Shown here piece by piece: positions 9,717 to 20,011 of a stretch of 64,000 bases of DNA. Numbering within the stretch: position 1 is the stretch's first letter; each line of letters begins with the position of its first letter. Both the position numbers and the translations under genes were made by a program. The stretch comes from Actinomycetota bacterium (GTDB lineage Bacteria; Actinomycetota; Thermoleophilia; Solirubrobacterales; JACPNS01), in NCBI GenBank assembly GCA_016213645.1, contig JACQZY010000013.1, positions 347,080 to 411,079 on the forward strand, read 5' to 3'. The notes beneath the pieces were generated by a model. The model was given only the letters and a program-made list of their open reading frames with translations, searched no databases and was not told the origin of the DNA.

Positions 9717-10553
9717 ATGCCAAGCAAGCCGAAACTTCCGAACCCGCTCAATATCAAGACCTCGAAGCTGCCCAAGCCGCCGCTGCCACCGGCGCTCAAG
9801 CGCACGCCAAAGCCAGTCGAGACCGGTGACGACGTCACCCTAGGCCAGGCCGCAGCGGGCGGCGGCACCAGCGTCGTCGCGTGGATCGACGAGCGCACCG
9901 CCGGTTCCGGTTTCCTGCGTGGTTTCATGTTCCGCAAGGTGCCCAAGGGCACCAACTGGTGGTACACGCTGGGCTCGGCCACGATGTTCGCCTTTGTCAG
10001 CCAGGCCGTCACCGGCATTTTCCTGGCGATGTTCTACGACCCAAATCCCACGCAGGCTTACGAGTCGATGCGTCACGTCAACAACGAGGTCTTCCTCGGT
10101 GAATTTGTGCACGGTATGCACAAGTGGGGCGCGACCGTGATGACGGTGTTGCTGTTCGTGCACATGGCGCGCACGTTCGTGTTCGGCGCCTACAAGTACC
10201 CGCGCGAGCTCAACTGGGTCGTTGGCGTGATTCTGCTGATGATGACGATGGTGATGGGCTTCACCGGATACCTGCTGCCGTTTGACCAGCGTTCATTCTG
10301 GGCTACGGTCGTGGGTGTGAACCTCAACGGAACCGGCCCGATCGTCGGTCCGTATCTGGCGGACTTCTTACGCGGTGGTTCGGAGTTTGGCGCCACCACG
10401 CTTTCACGCTTTTACGCGGTGCACATGATGCTCGTGCCGGGAATCATCGGCGCGCTGATCGGCGCCCACCTCTATCTGGTCGCCAAGCTCGGCACCTCGG
10501 CACCGCCGTGGATGAAGCCGAAAGACGTCGCCGGAGACGAGAAGCAGATCTAA
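9717..10553 (+). CDS. qcrB: Cytochrome b, split b6-type N-terminal subunit
   Basis: MHKWGA, VHMAR, PRELNW, TGYLLP, RFYAVH...GAHL heme-ligand pattern; only four TMs. Confidence 0.93.
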   Translation: MPSKPKLPNPLNIKTSKLPKPPLPPALKRTPKPVETGDDVTLGQAAAGGGTSVVAWIDERTAGSGFLRGFMFRKVPKGTNWWYTLGSATMFAFVSQAVTGIFLAMFYDPNPTQAYESMRHVNNEVFLGEFVHGMHKWGATVMTVLLFVHMARTFVFGAYKYPRELNWVVGVILLMMTMVMGFTGYLLPFDQRSFWATVVGVNLNGTGPIVGPYLADFLRGGSEFGATTLSRFYAVHMMLVPGIIGALIGAHLYLVAKLGTSAPPWMKPKDVAGDEKQI

Positions 10554-10562
10554 GGCCTGACC

Positions 10563-11264
10563 ATGGACGCACGTCAAAAAGAAAAGTACCTGCGCGAATA
10601 CAGCGCGATGAAGGCGGCCGGTAAGCCGTTCTTCCCTTACGCCGTCGGCAAAGACGGACTGATGGCGTGCATCGTGATGATCGTGATCATCCTGATGTCA
10701 CTCTTCCTTGGCGCCGAACTCGGCCCGAAGGCAGACCCCACGACCACCTCTTACGTGCCGCGTCCGGAGTGGTATTTCTTCTTCCTGTTCGAAGTGCTGC
10801 GCGTGATTAAGCCGCCGGATCTCGTGTTCGTGGCCACGCTGGGCATCCCCAACATCGCGCTTGGTCTGCTTGTGCTGCTGCCGTTTTACGACCGTGGGCC
10901 AGAGCGTCGTCCCGAGCGTCGTCCCGTCGCGATGATCGCGATGTTGCTGACGATCGTCGCCATGACGTACCTCACTTTGCTGGGAGCTTTCGCCGGCTCG
11001 CCGATCACGATCGACGAAGAGGTTCCGGCCAAGTACCAGTACGGCAAGGAAGTCGCGGCGAACTCCGGTTGTCTGGGCTGTCACAAGTTCGGCGAGAACG
11101 GCAACGACGGTCCCGGACCAAACCTTTCCGAGATCGGCGCGCGCCTGCCCAAGCAGGCGATCGAGCGCACGCTCGACAACCCCACGCCGCCGATGCCTAG
11201 CTTCAAGAGCATGCCGCCCGAGCAGAAGAAGGCGCTTGTGGAGTTCCTCGGCCAGTTGCGCTGA
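10563..11264 (+). CDS. qcrC: Subunit IV (PEWY) fused to a monoheme cytochrome c
   Basis: PEWY motif; CLGCH and distal MP motif. Confidence 0.9.
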   Translation: MDARQKEKYLREYSAMKAAGKPFFPYAVGKDGLMACIVMIVIILMSLFLGAELGPKADPTTTSYVPRPEWYFFFLFEVLRVIKPPDLVFVATLGIPNIALGLLVLLPFYDRGPERRPERRPVAMIAMLLTIVAMTYLTLLGAFAGSPITIDEEVPAKYQYGKEVAANSGCLGCHKFGENGNDGPGPNLSEIGARLPKQAIERTLDNPTPPMPSFKSMPPEQKKALVEFLGQLR

Positions 11265-11311
11265 GCGCGGCCGAAGCTTCGTCGCGGATTCTCCCGGATA
11301 GGCTGCATGCC

Positions 11312-12043
11312 GTGACCTCCTCGGCCACAGACAAAGGCACGCTGCCCGAGCAGCAGGTTCAGGCGATGTTCGACCGCATCGCCGGCCGTTACGACCTGAT
11401 GAACTCGGTGATGACCGCCGGCCTGCACGAGCGCTGGCGCGAACGCGCCGCGGACGTGGCGGGCGTTTCGCCGGGCGCGCATGTTCTGGACGTAGCCGCG
11501 GGTACCGGCGACCTCACATTCGAGCTTGCGCGCCGGGTGGCCCCCGGCGGCAGCGTGACCGGAGCGGACTTCTCCGCCGAGATGCTGGCCGTCGCTCGGC
11601 GCAAGCAGTCGGCGGCGATCGGTGGACTCGACGTCGAGGTTGTGTTCGAGACCGCCAATGTTCTGGAGCTGCCTTACGACGACGACACCTTCGACGCGGT
11701 CACCGTGGGTTTCGGCGCCCGCAATTTTTCGGACCTTCCGCGCGGCCTACGCGAAATGGTCAGGGTGGTCAAATCCGGCGGCAAGATCGTGGTGCTGGAG
11801 ATCTCGCAGCCGCAGCGGCCACCGTTGTCATGGTTTTTCAGTCTCTGGTTTGACCGTGTCGTGCCGTCGTTTGGCCGCTTCGCGGATCAGAACAGCGCCT
11901 ATACATACCTGCCCAACTCGGTCAAGCGATTCGCGAAACCGCGTGATCTGGCCGCCGAGCTCGCCGCGGCCGGCACGCGCGACGTGCGTTGGATCGCTAC
12001 CGCCGGGGGCATCATCACCATTCATCATGCGGAGGTTTTGTGA
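11312..12043 (+). CDS. menG: Demethylmenaquinone methyltransferase (UbiE/MenG)
   Basis: MFDRIAGRYDLMN, LDVAAGTGD, GFGARN, AYTYLP.S. Confidence 0.93.
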   Translation: MTSSATDKGTLPEQQVQAMFDRIAGRYDLMNSVMTAGLHERWRERAADVAGVSPGAHVLDVAAGTGDLTFELARRVAPGGSVTGADFSAEMLAVARRKQSAAIGGLDVEVVFETANVLELPYDDDTFDAVTVGFGARNFSDLPRGLREMVRVVKSGGKIVVLEISQPQRPPLSWFFSLWFDRVVPSFGRFADQNSAYTYLPNSVKRFAKPRDLAAELAAAGTRDVRWIATAGGIITIHHAEVL

Positions 12044-13038
12044 GTCAACGGACGGACATGCGCGCGTACCGCGCCTTGCGCGAAACAGTCGGCCAGGATT
12101 ACACACACCGCCTGGTGGACATAGATAAACGGCTGATCGAGCTTGCCGAGACGCGCGACCCTCGTGCCGCCGAGCCCGGACTGATCACGCTGCGCGCCGG
12201 CGGCAAGCGCCTGCGCCCCTTGCTCGTGCTGGTCTGCGGCGCGGCCAACCGCGCCACCGAAGAGCACTATCAGGCGCTGATACGCGCGGCGGTCTCTGTG
12301 GAGCTGGTGCACACCGCCGGATTGGTTCACGACGACGTGCTCGACGACGCGGCGATCCGCCGGGGCAAACCCACGATCTACGCATCGCACGGAACCGACG
12401 TGGCCGTCACGACCGGCGACCTGCTGTTTGCGCTCGCCTTCGAAGAACTCACGCACAACAACGACCCCGACCAAATCGAGGCGCTGTCCGATGCAACTCA
12501 CGGTTTGGTGCGCGGGGAACTCGTGCAGCGCGAGGACGCGTGGGACCCGCGCGTAACGCGCGAGCGCTACTTCGCCCGCTGCCAGCTGAAGACCTCGTGC
12601 CTGTTCGAGGGTGCGGCGCGCTTGGGCGCTTACGCCGGCGGCCGTCCGGAACTTGTGGAGGCGTTGTTCGACTTCGGCACATGCCTGGGGCTTGCCTTCC
12701 AGATGGCCGACGACGTGCTCGACATGACCGCGGACAAAACGTTGACGGGTAAGACACGCGGCGCGGATCTGCTTGACGGCACGGTGACGTTGCCGTTCAT
12801 CATCGCCGCGGAACACGACCCGTCGCTATTGGAACTCGACCTGCATTCGATCCAGACCGTCGAGCAGGCGGAACAACTATGTGATCGCGTCGCGGCGACG
12901 GGTGCCACTCAGGAAGTGATCGCGGAAGCGCACGCGCAGGTGGCGGCGGCGAAGTCAAAGCTTGAAGGCCGCGTCGAGGAGGACGAGTACGAGATGTTCG
13001 CCTCGATCGCCGAACAGGCCGTTTCGCGCGGCACTTAA
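12040..13038 (+). CDS. Polyprenyl diphosphate synthase (HepT-like)
   Basis: GGKRLRP, LVHDDVLD...RRG, FQMADDVLD; overlaps the menG stop codon. Confidence 0.92.
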   Translation: MSQRTDMRAYRALRETVGQDYTHRLVDIDKRLIELAETRDPRAAEPGLITLRAGGKRLRPLLVLVCGAANRATEEHYQALIRAAVSVELVHTAGLVHDDVLDDAAIRRGKPTIYASHGTDVAVTTGDLLFALAFEELTHNNDPDQIEALSDATHGLVRGELVQREDAWDPRVTRERYFARCQLKTSCLFEGAARLGAYAGGRPELVEALFDFGTCLGLAFQMADDVLDMTADKTLTGKTRGADLLDGTVTLPFIIAAEHDPSLLELDLHSIQTVEQAEQLCDRVAATGATQEVIAEAHAQVAAAKSKLEGRVEEDEYEMFASIAEQAVSRGT

Positions 13039-13043
13039 AGGCT

Positions 13044-14210
13044 TTGAAGATGCGGCCGCGGCGCAACGATTGGTTCGCGATCGCGGCATTCGCCCTGGTC
13101 GCGCTGGGCAACCAGATGCTTTGGCTGACATTCGCGCCCGTCACAACCGGCACCGCGGCGTACTACGGCGTGTCCGAAGGCCGCATCGGCCTGCTGTCAG
13201 AGATCTTTCCCCTGCTTTACGTGGTGCTCGCCGTGCCGGCCGGCCTGATGCTCGATCGCTGGATGCGCCCGGTGCTCAGCGCCGCGGCCGCACTGACCGC
13301 GGCTGGCGGGCTGCTTCGCCTGGCCGGCGACTCCTACGCCTGGCTGGTGGCCGGCCAGATCCTGCTGGCGGTGGCTCAACCGGCGATTCTCGGCGCGGTC
13401 ACGAAGATTGCGGACGAACGTCTAGAGCCGGTCTCCCGGCCACGCGGTATTTCGCTTGGTTCCAGCGGGCTCTTTCTGGGACCGATGGTCTCGCTCGCGC
13501 TCGGTCCGATCGTGGGCGTGGACAACGGCCCGCGCACGTTGATGTGGATCGGCGCGGCGGTCGCCTCCGTCGCGCTTTTGATGCTGCTCGTGGCACTGCG
13601 GCGGCCTGGTGCGCACGAAGCCGAACTGTCCTTCGCGCCCGGCCTGTCAGACCTCCGTGCGATCTGGGGCAATCCGCTGATTCGACGCCTCTCGGCGATC
13701 GCGTTCATGGGTTTCGGCATCTTCGTGGCGATGACCACCTGGCTCCAGGTGCTGCTGGAACCGCGCGGTATAAACAGCGATCAAGCTGGATGGCTGCTCG
13801 TTGGGATGACGCTTGCCGGCACGATCGGCGCACTCGTTTTGCCCACGCCGGTGGTTCGGCGCGGACGTGAAGGCAGCTACCTGCGCGTGGCCGCTTCCGT
13901 AACCGCGGTCGCGGCGGTCGTACTCGCCGTGACCGAGACGATCGGCGTAACCGCGGCCGCGGTGGCGATGATTGGATTCTTCTTGCTGGGAGCGTTGCCC
14001 GTGTTGCTGGACCTCGTGGACCGTTCGGCCGGCGGAGCAGGCGCCAGCGCGGCGACCGCCATCTGGTTGTGCGGCAACGCGGGAGGCATTGTTCTCGCGC
14101 TGCTTGTGCAGGCGCTCGTACACCGGCCCGCCGCCGCCTTCCTGCTGCTGGCGGTGCTGATCACAACCGCCGTTCCACTGGCGTCCGGCGATCGTTCCGC
14201 CGCGCCTTAA
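13044..14210 (+). CDS. MFS transporter
   Basis: About 12 hydrophobic segments; GLMLDRW loop motif. Confidence 0.85.
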   Translation: MKMRPRRNDWFAIAAFALVALGNQMLWLTFAPVTTGTAAYYGVSEGRIGLLSEIFPLLYVVLAVPAGLMLDRWMRPVLSAAAALTAAGGLLRLAGDSYAWLVAGQILLAVAQPAILGAVTKIADERLEPVSRPRGISLGSSGLFLGPMVSLALGPIVGVDNGPRTLMWIGAAVASVALLMLLVALRRPGAHEAELSFAPGLSDLRAIWGNPLIRRLSAIAFMGFGIFVAMTTWLQVLLEPRGINSDQAGWLLVGMTLAGTIGALVLPTPVVRRGREGSYLRVAASVTAVAAVVLAVTETIGVTAAAVAMIGFFLLGALPVLLDLVDRSAGGAGASAATAIWLCGNAGGIVLALLVQALVHRPAAAFLLLAVLITTAVPLASGDRSAAP

Positions 14211-14254
14211 AAAAAAGAATTAATCGCTGCGGCCGTCGTCCCGACGAACGTCTC

Positions 14255-15607
14255 TTACAGCGTCGCGATGTAGTCGATCGCGGACTTGAGATTGGCGCGG
14301 CCGTCATAGACGACCTTGTCCTTGAAGGCCGGTGGCTTGTCCACCTTTCGGCGGATCGCGGTCTTCAGGTCGCTGTAGGTGGCGTCGGAGTTCTTTGCGC
14401 GCAACAGCCCGGCCATGCCCGCCACCATCGGCGCGGCCATCGACGTGCCCGACAAGGGCTTGTAGATGTCGTCGATGTACGTAGACGTGATGTTCTCGCC
14501 GGGGGCGGCCACGTCCACCGCCTTCTCGCCGTAGTTCGAGAACGACGCCAACCCGTCATCCAATGTCGAGGCCGCGACGGTGAGGATGTTTCCGTAGGTG
14601 TAGCTGGCCGGATACACGGGACTCTTGTCGATGTTCTTGCCGTCGTTTCCGGCGGCCACAACGATCAGGACGCCTTTCTCCTTGGCGTACTCGATCGCGT
14701 CTTCCATCGCGCTCGACTTTGACGTCGATCCAAACGAAGCGTTGATGATCTTCACGCCTTTGTGCACCGCGTACTCGATGCCTTCGGCGGCGTAAGAGCT
14801 TGAGCCCTTGCCCAGCGCGTTCATGAACTTGACCGACATCACGCTGCCCTTCCAACACACTCCCGACACTCCGATGCCGTTGTCGGCCACCCCGGCGACG
14901 ATGCCGGCCACGTGGGTTCCGTGACCGTCGGTATCCACGCCATCGCCGCGATTGGTGCGAACGTTGACGCCGATGTAATCGTCTATGTACCCGTTGTCGT
15001 CGTCGTCCTTGCCGTTGTCCGGCTTCTCCTTGGAGTTCTTGTACAAGTTGCTCACGAGATCCGGATGGTTGAGATCCACGCCGGTGTCAAGCACCGCCAC
15101 TTTGCTGCACTTGGTTTTTGTGTCCCAAGCCTCGAACGCGTCGATGTCGTGGTCGGCGGGGTTGGACAGTCCCCACTGCGAGAGCAACAAGGGATCGCTC
15201 GGGACGGCGTCCGCCGTGACCTCGTAATCCGGTTCCACGTAGCGCACCTCGGGCCTGGTCTCAAGCCGGCGCCGTAGCGCTTCAAGGGAGTCCCCTCTCC
15301 GAGCTGCAACGCGTGAGATCGCGAGTCGCTTGAGCGAGCTCATCTCGCGACCCGACGCGGCGGAGATCGCCCGTATGCGGTCCGTGCCGGAAACGCCGGG
15401 ATTGAAGCCCACGACCAGGTGGTCACCCGCGGCGGTGGGAGCCACGACATTTTGCGGATCGTCGGCCGGAGTGTTGCTGGTAACGCATGCGAGTCCAGCC
15501 AAAAAGGCAGCGACGAACAGAAGGACCGTGGCGATCCGTCGCGGTTCGGTCGTCGCTGGGTTCGGACTCGCCACTGGTCGCGAACCTACCAAAACGAGAC
15601 GGGCCAT
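14255..15607 (-). CDS. S8 subtilisin-like serine peptidase
   Basis: VAVLDTG, HGTHVAG, GTSMAAP catalytic triad motifs; propeptide domain; start uncertain. Confidence 0.95.
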   Translation of the reverse strand: MARLVLVGSRPVASPNPATTEPRRIATVLLFVAAFLAGLACVTSNTPADDPQNVVAPTAAGDHLVVGFNPGVSGTDRIRAISAASGREMSSLKRLAISRVAARRGDSLEALRRRLETRPEVRYVEPDYEVTADAVPSDPLLLSQWGLSNPADHDIDAFEAWDTKTKCSKVAVLDTGVDLNHPDLVSNLYKNSKEKPDNGKDDDDNGYIDDYIGVNVRTNRGDGVDTDGHGTHVAGIVAGVADNGIGVSGVCWKGSVMSVKFMNALGKGSSSYAAEGIEYAVHKGVKIINASFGSTSKSSAMEDAIEYAKEKGVLIVVAAGNDGKNIDKSPVYPASYTYGNILTVAASTLDDGLASFSNYGEKAVDVAAPGENITSTYIDDIYKPLSGTSMAAPMVAGMAGLLRAKNSDATYSDLKTAIRRKVDKPPAFKDKVVYDGRANLKSAIDYIATL

Positions 15608-15629
15608 GCAGTCTCCTCGCGCGGCGCGC

Positions 15630-15663
15630 AAAAAGAAGGGCCGGTCTCTCGACCGGCCCTTCT
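15630..15663 (-). terminator. Rho-independent terminator
   Basis: 13-bp inverted repeat AGAAGGGCCGGTC/GACCGGCCCTTCT followed by a T-run on the minus strand, downstream of 15707..16087. Confidence 0.8.
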
Positions 15664-15706
15664 CGCATCTCGTTGTCCCTGGGGGAGGTTTGGAACAATC
15701 GAAGTC

Positions 15707-16087
15707 TTAAAAATCTTCCGGCAGCAGGTGGCCGCCGTCAAGCGCGGAGACGAAGGTGTTGATCTCGGTCGCCATGTTCGCGTAAGTCAGATTGCGCAGG
15801 TCGCGCACCAGCGAGTCGGTGCCGCGGTCGAGCAGGCAGTCGAACTTCTCGATCAGCTCCTCGTCCATCAGGCCTTCGCGTACGTCTTCGCAGTTGGGGC
15901 AGCGCAGCGTCACGCGCCAGTGACGTCCATCGGCCTGGTCCCAGTCGATCGGGTAGACCATCTCGCACTCGCACTCGGCGCAGTACGAAACATCCTCGAT
16001 CACTCGCGCCACGGGGTCCTTCGCGGGGTGGCTGTGGACCGGGTGGCCGGCGGCCTGCTTGCGTGTCTTGTCTTTACGAGGGTTCAT
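15707..16087 (-). CDS. Hypothetical Zn-ribbon protein
   Basis: CAEC and CPNC pairs; own promoter candidate and terminator. Confidence 0.75.
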   Translation of the reverse strand: MNPRKDKTRKQAAGHPVHSHPAKDPVARVIEDVSYCAECECEMVYPIDWDQADGRHWRVTLRCPNCEDVREGLMDEELIEKFDCLLDRGTDSLVRDLRNLTYANMATEINTFVSALDGGHLLPEDF

Positions 16088-16113
16088 GGTTTCTAGTAGC
16101 GACTCCGCACGAG

Positions 16114-16141
16114 GTATCGGACGTGGCCCCCGGTCACTTGA
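16114..16141 (-). promoter_or_regulatory. Sigma28 (FliA/WhiG/SigD)-like promoter
   Basis: TCAA-N16-TCCGATAC upstream of the Zn-ribbon gene; consensus is TAAA-N15/16-GCCGATAA. Confidence 0.5.
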
Positions 16142-16219
16142 GCGTGAGAATCAGGTATTCGTAGATTCGTCCCTTGAAAGCCGCGTTTGCCGCGTGCCGA
16201 CCGCGTAAACTGCGGGCCG

Positions 16220-16786
16220 ATGGTGCTAAGCGACGCAACGATCAAGGCCGAGATCGAGGCCGGGCGAATCGTGATCGATCCGTTCGACGCGGACAACGTG
16301 CAGCCGTCCAGTGTGGACGTGCGCGTAGACCGTCTGTTTCGCGTGTTTCACAACGCTCGCCATCCGTACATCGACGTGCGCAAGCCAATGGAGGACCTCA
16401 CCGAACTTGTGGAGATCGACGGCGACGAACCGTTCATCCTGCATCCCGGCGAATTCGTGCTCGGTCAGACGCTGGAGCGTGTGACGGTGCCCAACGACCT
16501 CGTGGCGCGGCTGGAGGGCAAGAGTTCGCTGGGCCGTCTGGGACTGCTGATCCACTCGACCGCCGGTTTTGTGGACAGTGGCTTTTCGGGAAATCTCACG
16601 CTTGAGCTGTCCAACGTGGCGAACCTGCCGATCACGATTTACTACGGCATGCCGATCGGTCAGCTTTCGTTTATGCGCATGGACCGTCCCGTCGAGCGCC
16701 CCTACGGCGGTGAGGGCATGGCAAGCAAGTACCAGGGTCAGGCCGAGCCCACGCCCAGCAGCTTTCACCTCAACTTCGCCAAGTAG
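16220..16786 (+). CDS. dcd: dCTP deaminase
   Basis: [39 protein letters not shown]. Confidence 0.96.
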   Translation: MVLSDATIKAEIEAGRIVIDPFDADNVQPSSVDVRVDRLFRVFHNARHPYIDVRKPMEDLTELVEIDGDEPFILHPGEFVLGQTLERVTVPNDLVARLEGKSSLGRLGLLIHSTAGFVDSGFSGNLTLELSNVANLPITIYYGMPIGQLSFMRMDRPVERPYGGEGMASKYQGQAEPTPSSFHLNFAK

Positions 16787-16852
16787 TATGAATTCACGGT
16801 CTCGCACCGCTTGGTGTGAGGCGTACACACGCGACCGGAGCACGCACCGCTG

Positions 16853-17083
16853 ATGCCGAATATCGGACCACTCGAAATCGCCGTTGTCCTGGCCATCGTC
16901 CTGATCATCTTCGGGCCGAAGCGCCTGCCCGAGCTCGGCCGTTCGCTCGGCCGTGGCATTCGTGAGTTCAAGGGATCGCTGGCCGGCGATCACGATGACG
17001 ACGACGATGACGGCAAGCGCGAGTTGAGCACCGGAGAGACGCCGGCCGCCGAAAAGAAGTCCGAGACCTCGACCGGCGCCTGA
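16853..17083 (+). CDS. tatA: Twin-arginine translocase TatA
   Basis: [22 protein letters not shown]. Confidence 0.96.
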   Translation: MPNIGPLEIAVVLAIVLIIFGPKRLPELGRSLGRGIREFKGSLAGDHDDDDDDGKRELSTGETPAAEKKSETSTGA

Positions 17084-17134
17084 CGCCTGTCGCCGCGCGT
17101 ACCCGGACGTCGCGACCCGCCACAATCCACGTCG

Positions 17135-17935
17135 ATGGCGAAACGGATCGCACCGGTCGACCACGAGCAGGAGCTCAGTGTCGTTGAGCATTTAGACGAG
17201 TTGCGTTCGCGGCTGATCATGGTCGCGTCGGTCTTCGGCTTGGCGTTGGCGGTGGCGTTCTGGCAGAACCACCGCATTCTCGACGTCATCAATCGCCCGT
17301 TGCCGGAGGGCAAGCTGCCGTCAACGTTTGGCGTCAGCGAGGCGTTCATGTCCACGATGACGGTGTCGATGTACGGGGCACTGATCGTCACATTTCCGTT
17401 GATCCTGTGGCACGTTTACGCGTTCGTGGTTCCGGCCTTCAGCGAAAACGAGCGAAAGGTCGCCACGCCGCTGCTGCTGATGACTCCGGTGTTGTTCTCC
17501 GCCGGCGTCGCGTTCGGTTACTTCCTCGTGCTTCCGGCGGCAGTGCGCTTCTTGCTGAACTTCAACGACGATCAGTTCAACGTGCTGGTGCGGGCGCAGG
17601 AGTATTACTCGTTCTTCGGGCTCACGGTTTTGGCGATGGGCCTGCTGTTCGAACTGCCGCTGGCGATCTTGATCGCCACGCGACTTGGTCTCGTGACACC
17701 CGCGCAGCTACGGGCGAATCGACGTTACGCGCTGGTTTTGATCGCGGTGGTAGCAATGCTGCTGCCCGGCACAGACCCGGTTTCGATGCTGATCGAAATG
17801 GTGCCTTTGCTGCTGCTTTACGAGCTGAGTATCTGGGTGTCGGTGTGGTTCGGGCACGGTTCGGCGCGCGCTGACAAACGCAAGGACGGGACGGCCGGAA
17901 AGCAATCAGCCGAACCACCGGCGGCCGTACGGTAA
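17135..17935 (+). CDS. tatC: Twin-arginine translocase TatC
   Basis: EHLDELRSRL, FELP, PGTDPVSM. Confidence 0.96.
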   Translation: MAKRIAPVDHEQELSVVEHLDELRSRLIMVASVFGLALAVAFWQNHRILDVINRPLPEGKLPSTFGVSEAFMSTMTVSMYGALIVTFPLILWHVYAFVVPAFSENERKVATPLLLMTPVLFSAGVAFGYFLVLPAAVRFLLNFNDDQFNVLVRAQEYYSFFGLTVLAMGLLFELPLAILIATRLGLVTPAQLRANRRYALVLIAVVAMLLPGTDPVSMLIEMVPLLLLYELSIWVSVWFGHGSARADKRKDGTAGKQSAEPPAAVR

Positions 17936-17959
17936 CTTTTCCGCAGGGGAATAAGAAAA

Positions 17960-18730
17960 ATGTTGTTCGATCTACAGGGACGCCGCAAGACCGGCATCAA
18001 AGTCATCTATCTCGGCCTCGCCATTTTGATGGGCGGCGGATTGGTGCTGTTCGGCATTGGAAGCAATGTCAACGGCGGTTTCTTTGATGCTCTCTCCGGT
18101 TCCGGCGGTGGCGACAGCGAGTACAAGAAGGCGGTTCAAGAAAGCTCCAAGTATCTCGCCGCGCATCCGAAGAGCCCCAAGGCCTACGAAGATCTGATCG
18201 CTGACCGCTACACCTACGCGGGCGCGGGATTTGACGACAAGACCCAGAAGTTCAACGCGAAGAGCAAGGCGCAGTTGAAGATGATGATCGACGACTGGAA
18301 GAACTACAAGAAGGTCACGAAGAAGATCGATCTCAACACCGCCTCCTATGTAGTGAACGCCTACATCGGCGAAGAGGACGGAAAGGGCGCAACCGAAGTC
18401 CAGACGGTTGTTGCCGGTCTTCAGCCAAACGCCGCCAACTATCTCGCACTGATGCGATTCGCGCTTTACGCGGGCGACAGCCGGATCGCCGACGCCTCTT
18501 CCGTGAAGGCAAGAGAACTGGCGACCAAGGACCAGGCCAAAGAGGTTGACCGCGAGATCAAGAACATGCTCAAACTGTCCAAGCAGCAAAACGCCGCGAT
18601 CCAGAAACAGATCCAGGAGCAGTTCGCAAATCAGCAATCATCGTCGTCGAGTGGCGGCGGCCAGATCGGCTCGCCGTTCAGCGGACTCAGCCCCGGCGGT
18701 AGCGCCGGCGGCGGCCTCACAACTAAGTAG
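17960..18730 (+). CDS. Membrane-anchored helical hypothetical protein
   Basis: Single N-terminal TM followed by a Lys/Ala-rich helical domain. Confidence 0.75.
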   Translation: MLFDLQGRRKTGIKVIYLGLAILMGGGLVLFGIGSNVNGGFFDALSGSGGGDSEYKKAVQESSKYLAAHPKSPKAYEDLIADRYTYAGAGFDDKTQKFNAKSKAQLKMMIDDWKNYKKVTKKIDLNTASYVVNAYIGEEDGKGATEVQTVVAGLQPNAANYLALMRFALYAGDSRIADASSVKARELATKDQAKEVDREIKNMLKLSKQQNAAIQKQIQEQFANQQSSSSSGGGQIGSPFSGLSPGGSAGGGLTTK

Positions 18731-18781
18731 CGCCCGCCGCGAACGGTTTCAATTCCGTTTTTTGTTCACTACCCTGTCAAC

Positions 18782-18850
<69 letters not shown>

Positions 18851-18854
<4 letters not shown>

Positions 18855-19109
18855 TGAGGTTCTGAATGGCGCGATCTCGCCGATGCTCGGGCTTGGCGGA
18901 TCGGTCACGACCAAGGGGTCGCTCCCTCACCACCTTCGCCCTGCGCGTCGACGATCTCACACCATTCAGAACCTCATGGGGAGGTAGTGGTGCTTACAGT
19001 CGCGATCTCGCCGATGCTCGGGCTTGGCGGATCGGTCACGACCAAGGGGTCGCTCCCTCACCACCTTCGCCCTGTGTGGTGGATCTCGCATTGCTCATAA
19101 CCTCGCGGG
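18851..19109. repeat. Two tandem ~130-bp structured repeat units downstream of tRNA-Lys
   Basis: Identical 74-bp cores at 18870-18943 and 19001-19074; perfect 19-bp inverted repeat 18851-18869/18962-18980 around the first core. Confidence 0.9.
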
Positions 19110-19148
19110 AGAGCGGAACCACGCGGGTTCCGGCTAGGCTTCTTTTTC

Positions 19149-19967
19149 GTGAATGTTGCTCAGCACACTCAGGAGTTCACCGTGCTTGACGGGTCGTTGC
19201 TGGCTTCCTCGGAGGCGGTGATTCCGGCTACTGATGAGGGGTTTTTGCGCGGCGACGGGGCGTTTGAAGTGCTGCGTTCTTACGGTGGTCATCCGTTCGG
19301 CTTGGAGGAACACGTGCAGCGGTTGCTGCGCTCGGCGGCCGGTATCAGGCTTCCTGAAGTGGACGTGATGGCGATCGAACGGGATGTCGCGCGGCTGGTC
19401 GACGCGCGCGGCACGGATGACTTTTCGATTCGCATCGTGCTCACGCGCGGCGGGCGGCGGCTGGTGATGAGCGAACCGCTGGGCAACTACCAACCGGCGG
19501 TGCGCCTGGCGGTCGTGGAGTACCAGCCAACGCTGGTGCTTGACGGCTTCAAGACACTGAGCTACGCGGCGAACATGCTCACGAACCGGCTGGCCAAGGA
19601 GCGAGGATTCGACGAAGCCCTGCTGGTCACGCCGGACGGCGAGGTGCTCGAATCGCCGACGGCCTCGGTGTTCTGGTCGCCTGACGGCGAGACGCTGATC
19701 ACGCCACCGCTTGACGGGATTCTTGCTTCGATCACACGGGCCGTGATTGTGGAGGGCATGACCGTGGAACAGCGCGCGACCACGCGTGACGACCTGCTCG
19801 CCGCGACGGAGGTCTTTCTCTGCTCAAGCGTGCGCGAGGTGCAGGCGGTCGGCGCGATCGAGGACGCTACATACGACGCGCCCGGGCCGCTGACGCTGCG
19901 CGCGAAGGAAGTGCTTGCCGCCGCCGTTCAGGCAAGAGTCGCGGCGGGCGCCGCGAAAACCGCCTGA
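19149..19967 (+). CDS. PLP-dependent aminotransferase class IV (ADC lyase/D-amino acid transaminase-like)
   Basis: D.GFLRGDGAFE, HVQRL, KTLSY, GFDEALL, ILASITR. Confidence 0.9.
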   Translation: MNVAQHTQEFTVLDGSLLASSEAVIPATDEGFLRGDGAFEVLRSYGGHPFGLEEHVQRLLRSAAGIRLPEVDVMAIERDVARLVDARGTDDFSIRIVLTRGGRRLVMSEPLGNYQPAVRLAVVEYQPTLVLDGFKTLSYAANMLTNRLAKERGFDEALLVTPDGEVLESPTASVFWSPDGETLITPPLDGILASITRAVIVEGMTVEQRATTRDDLLAATEVFLCSSVREVQAVGAIEDATYDAPGPLTLRAKEVLAAAVQARVAAGAAKTA

Positions 19968-20011
19968 GAGAGCTTCGCCGCGGACCGCCGCCGCGCCGCG
20001 CCGCCAATGCA

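Noticed and set aside
18870-19074. Direct repeats after tRNA-Lys (and tRNA-Arg) as CRISPR arrays
   Set aside because: Only two copies each, 68-74 bp long, no series of unique spacers and no cas genes
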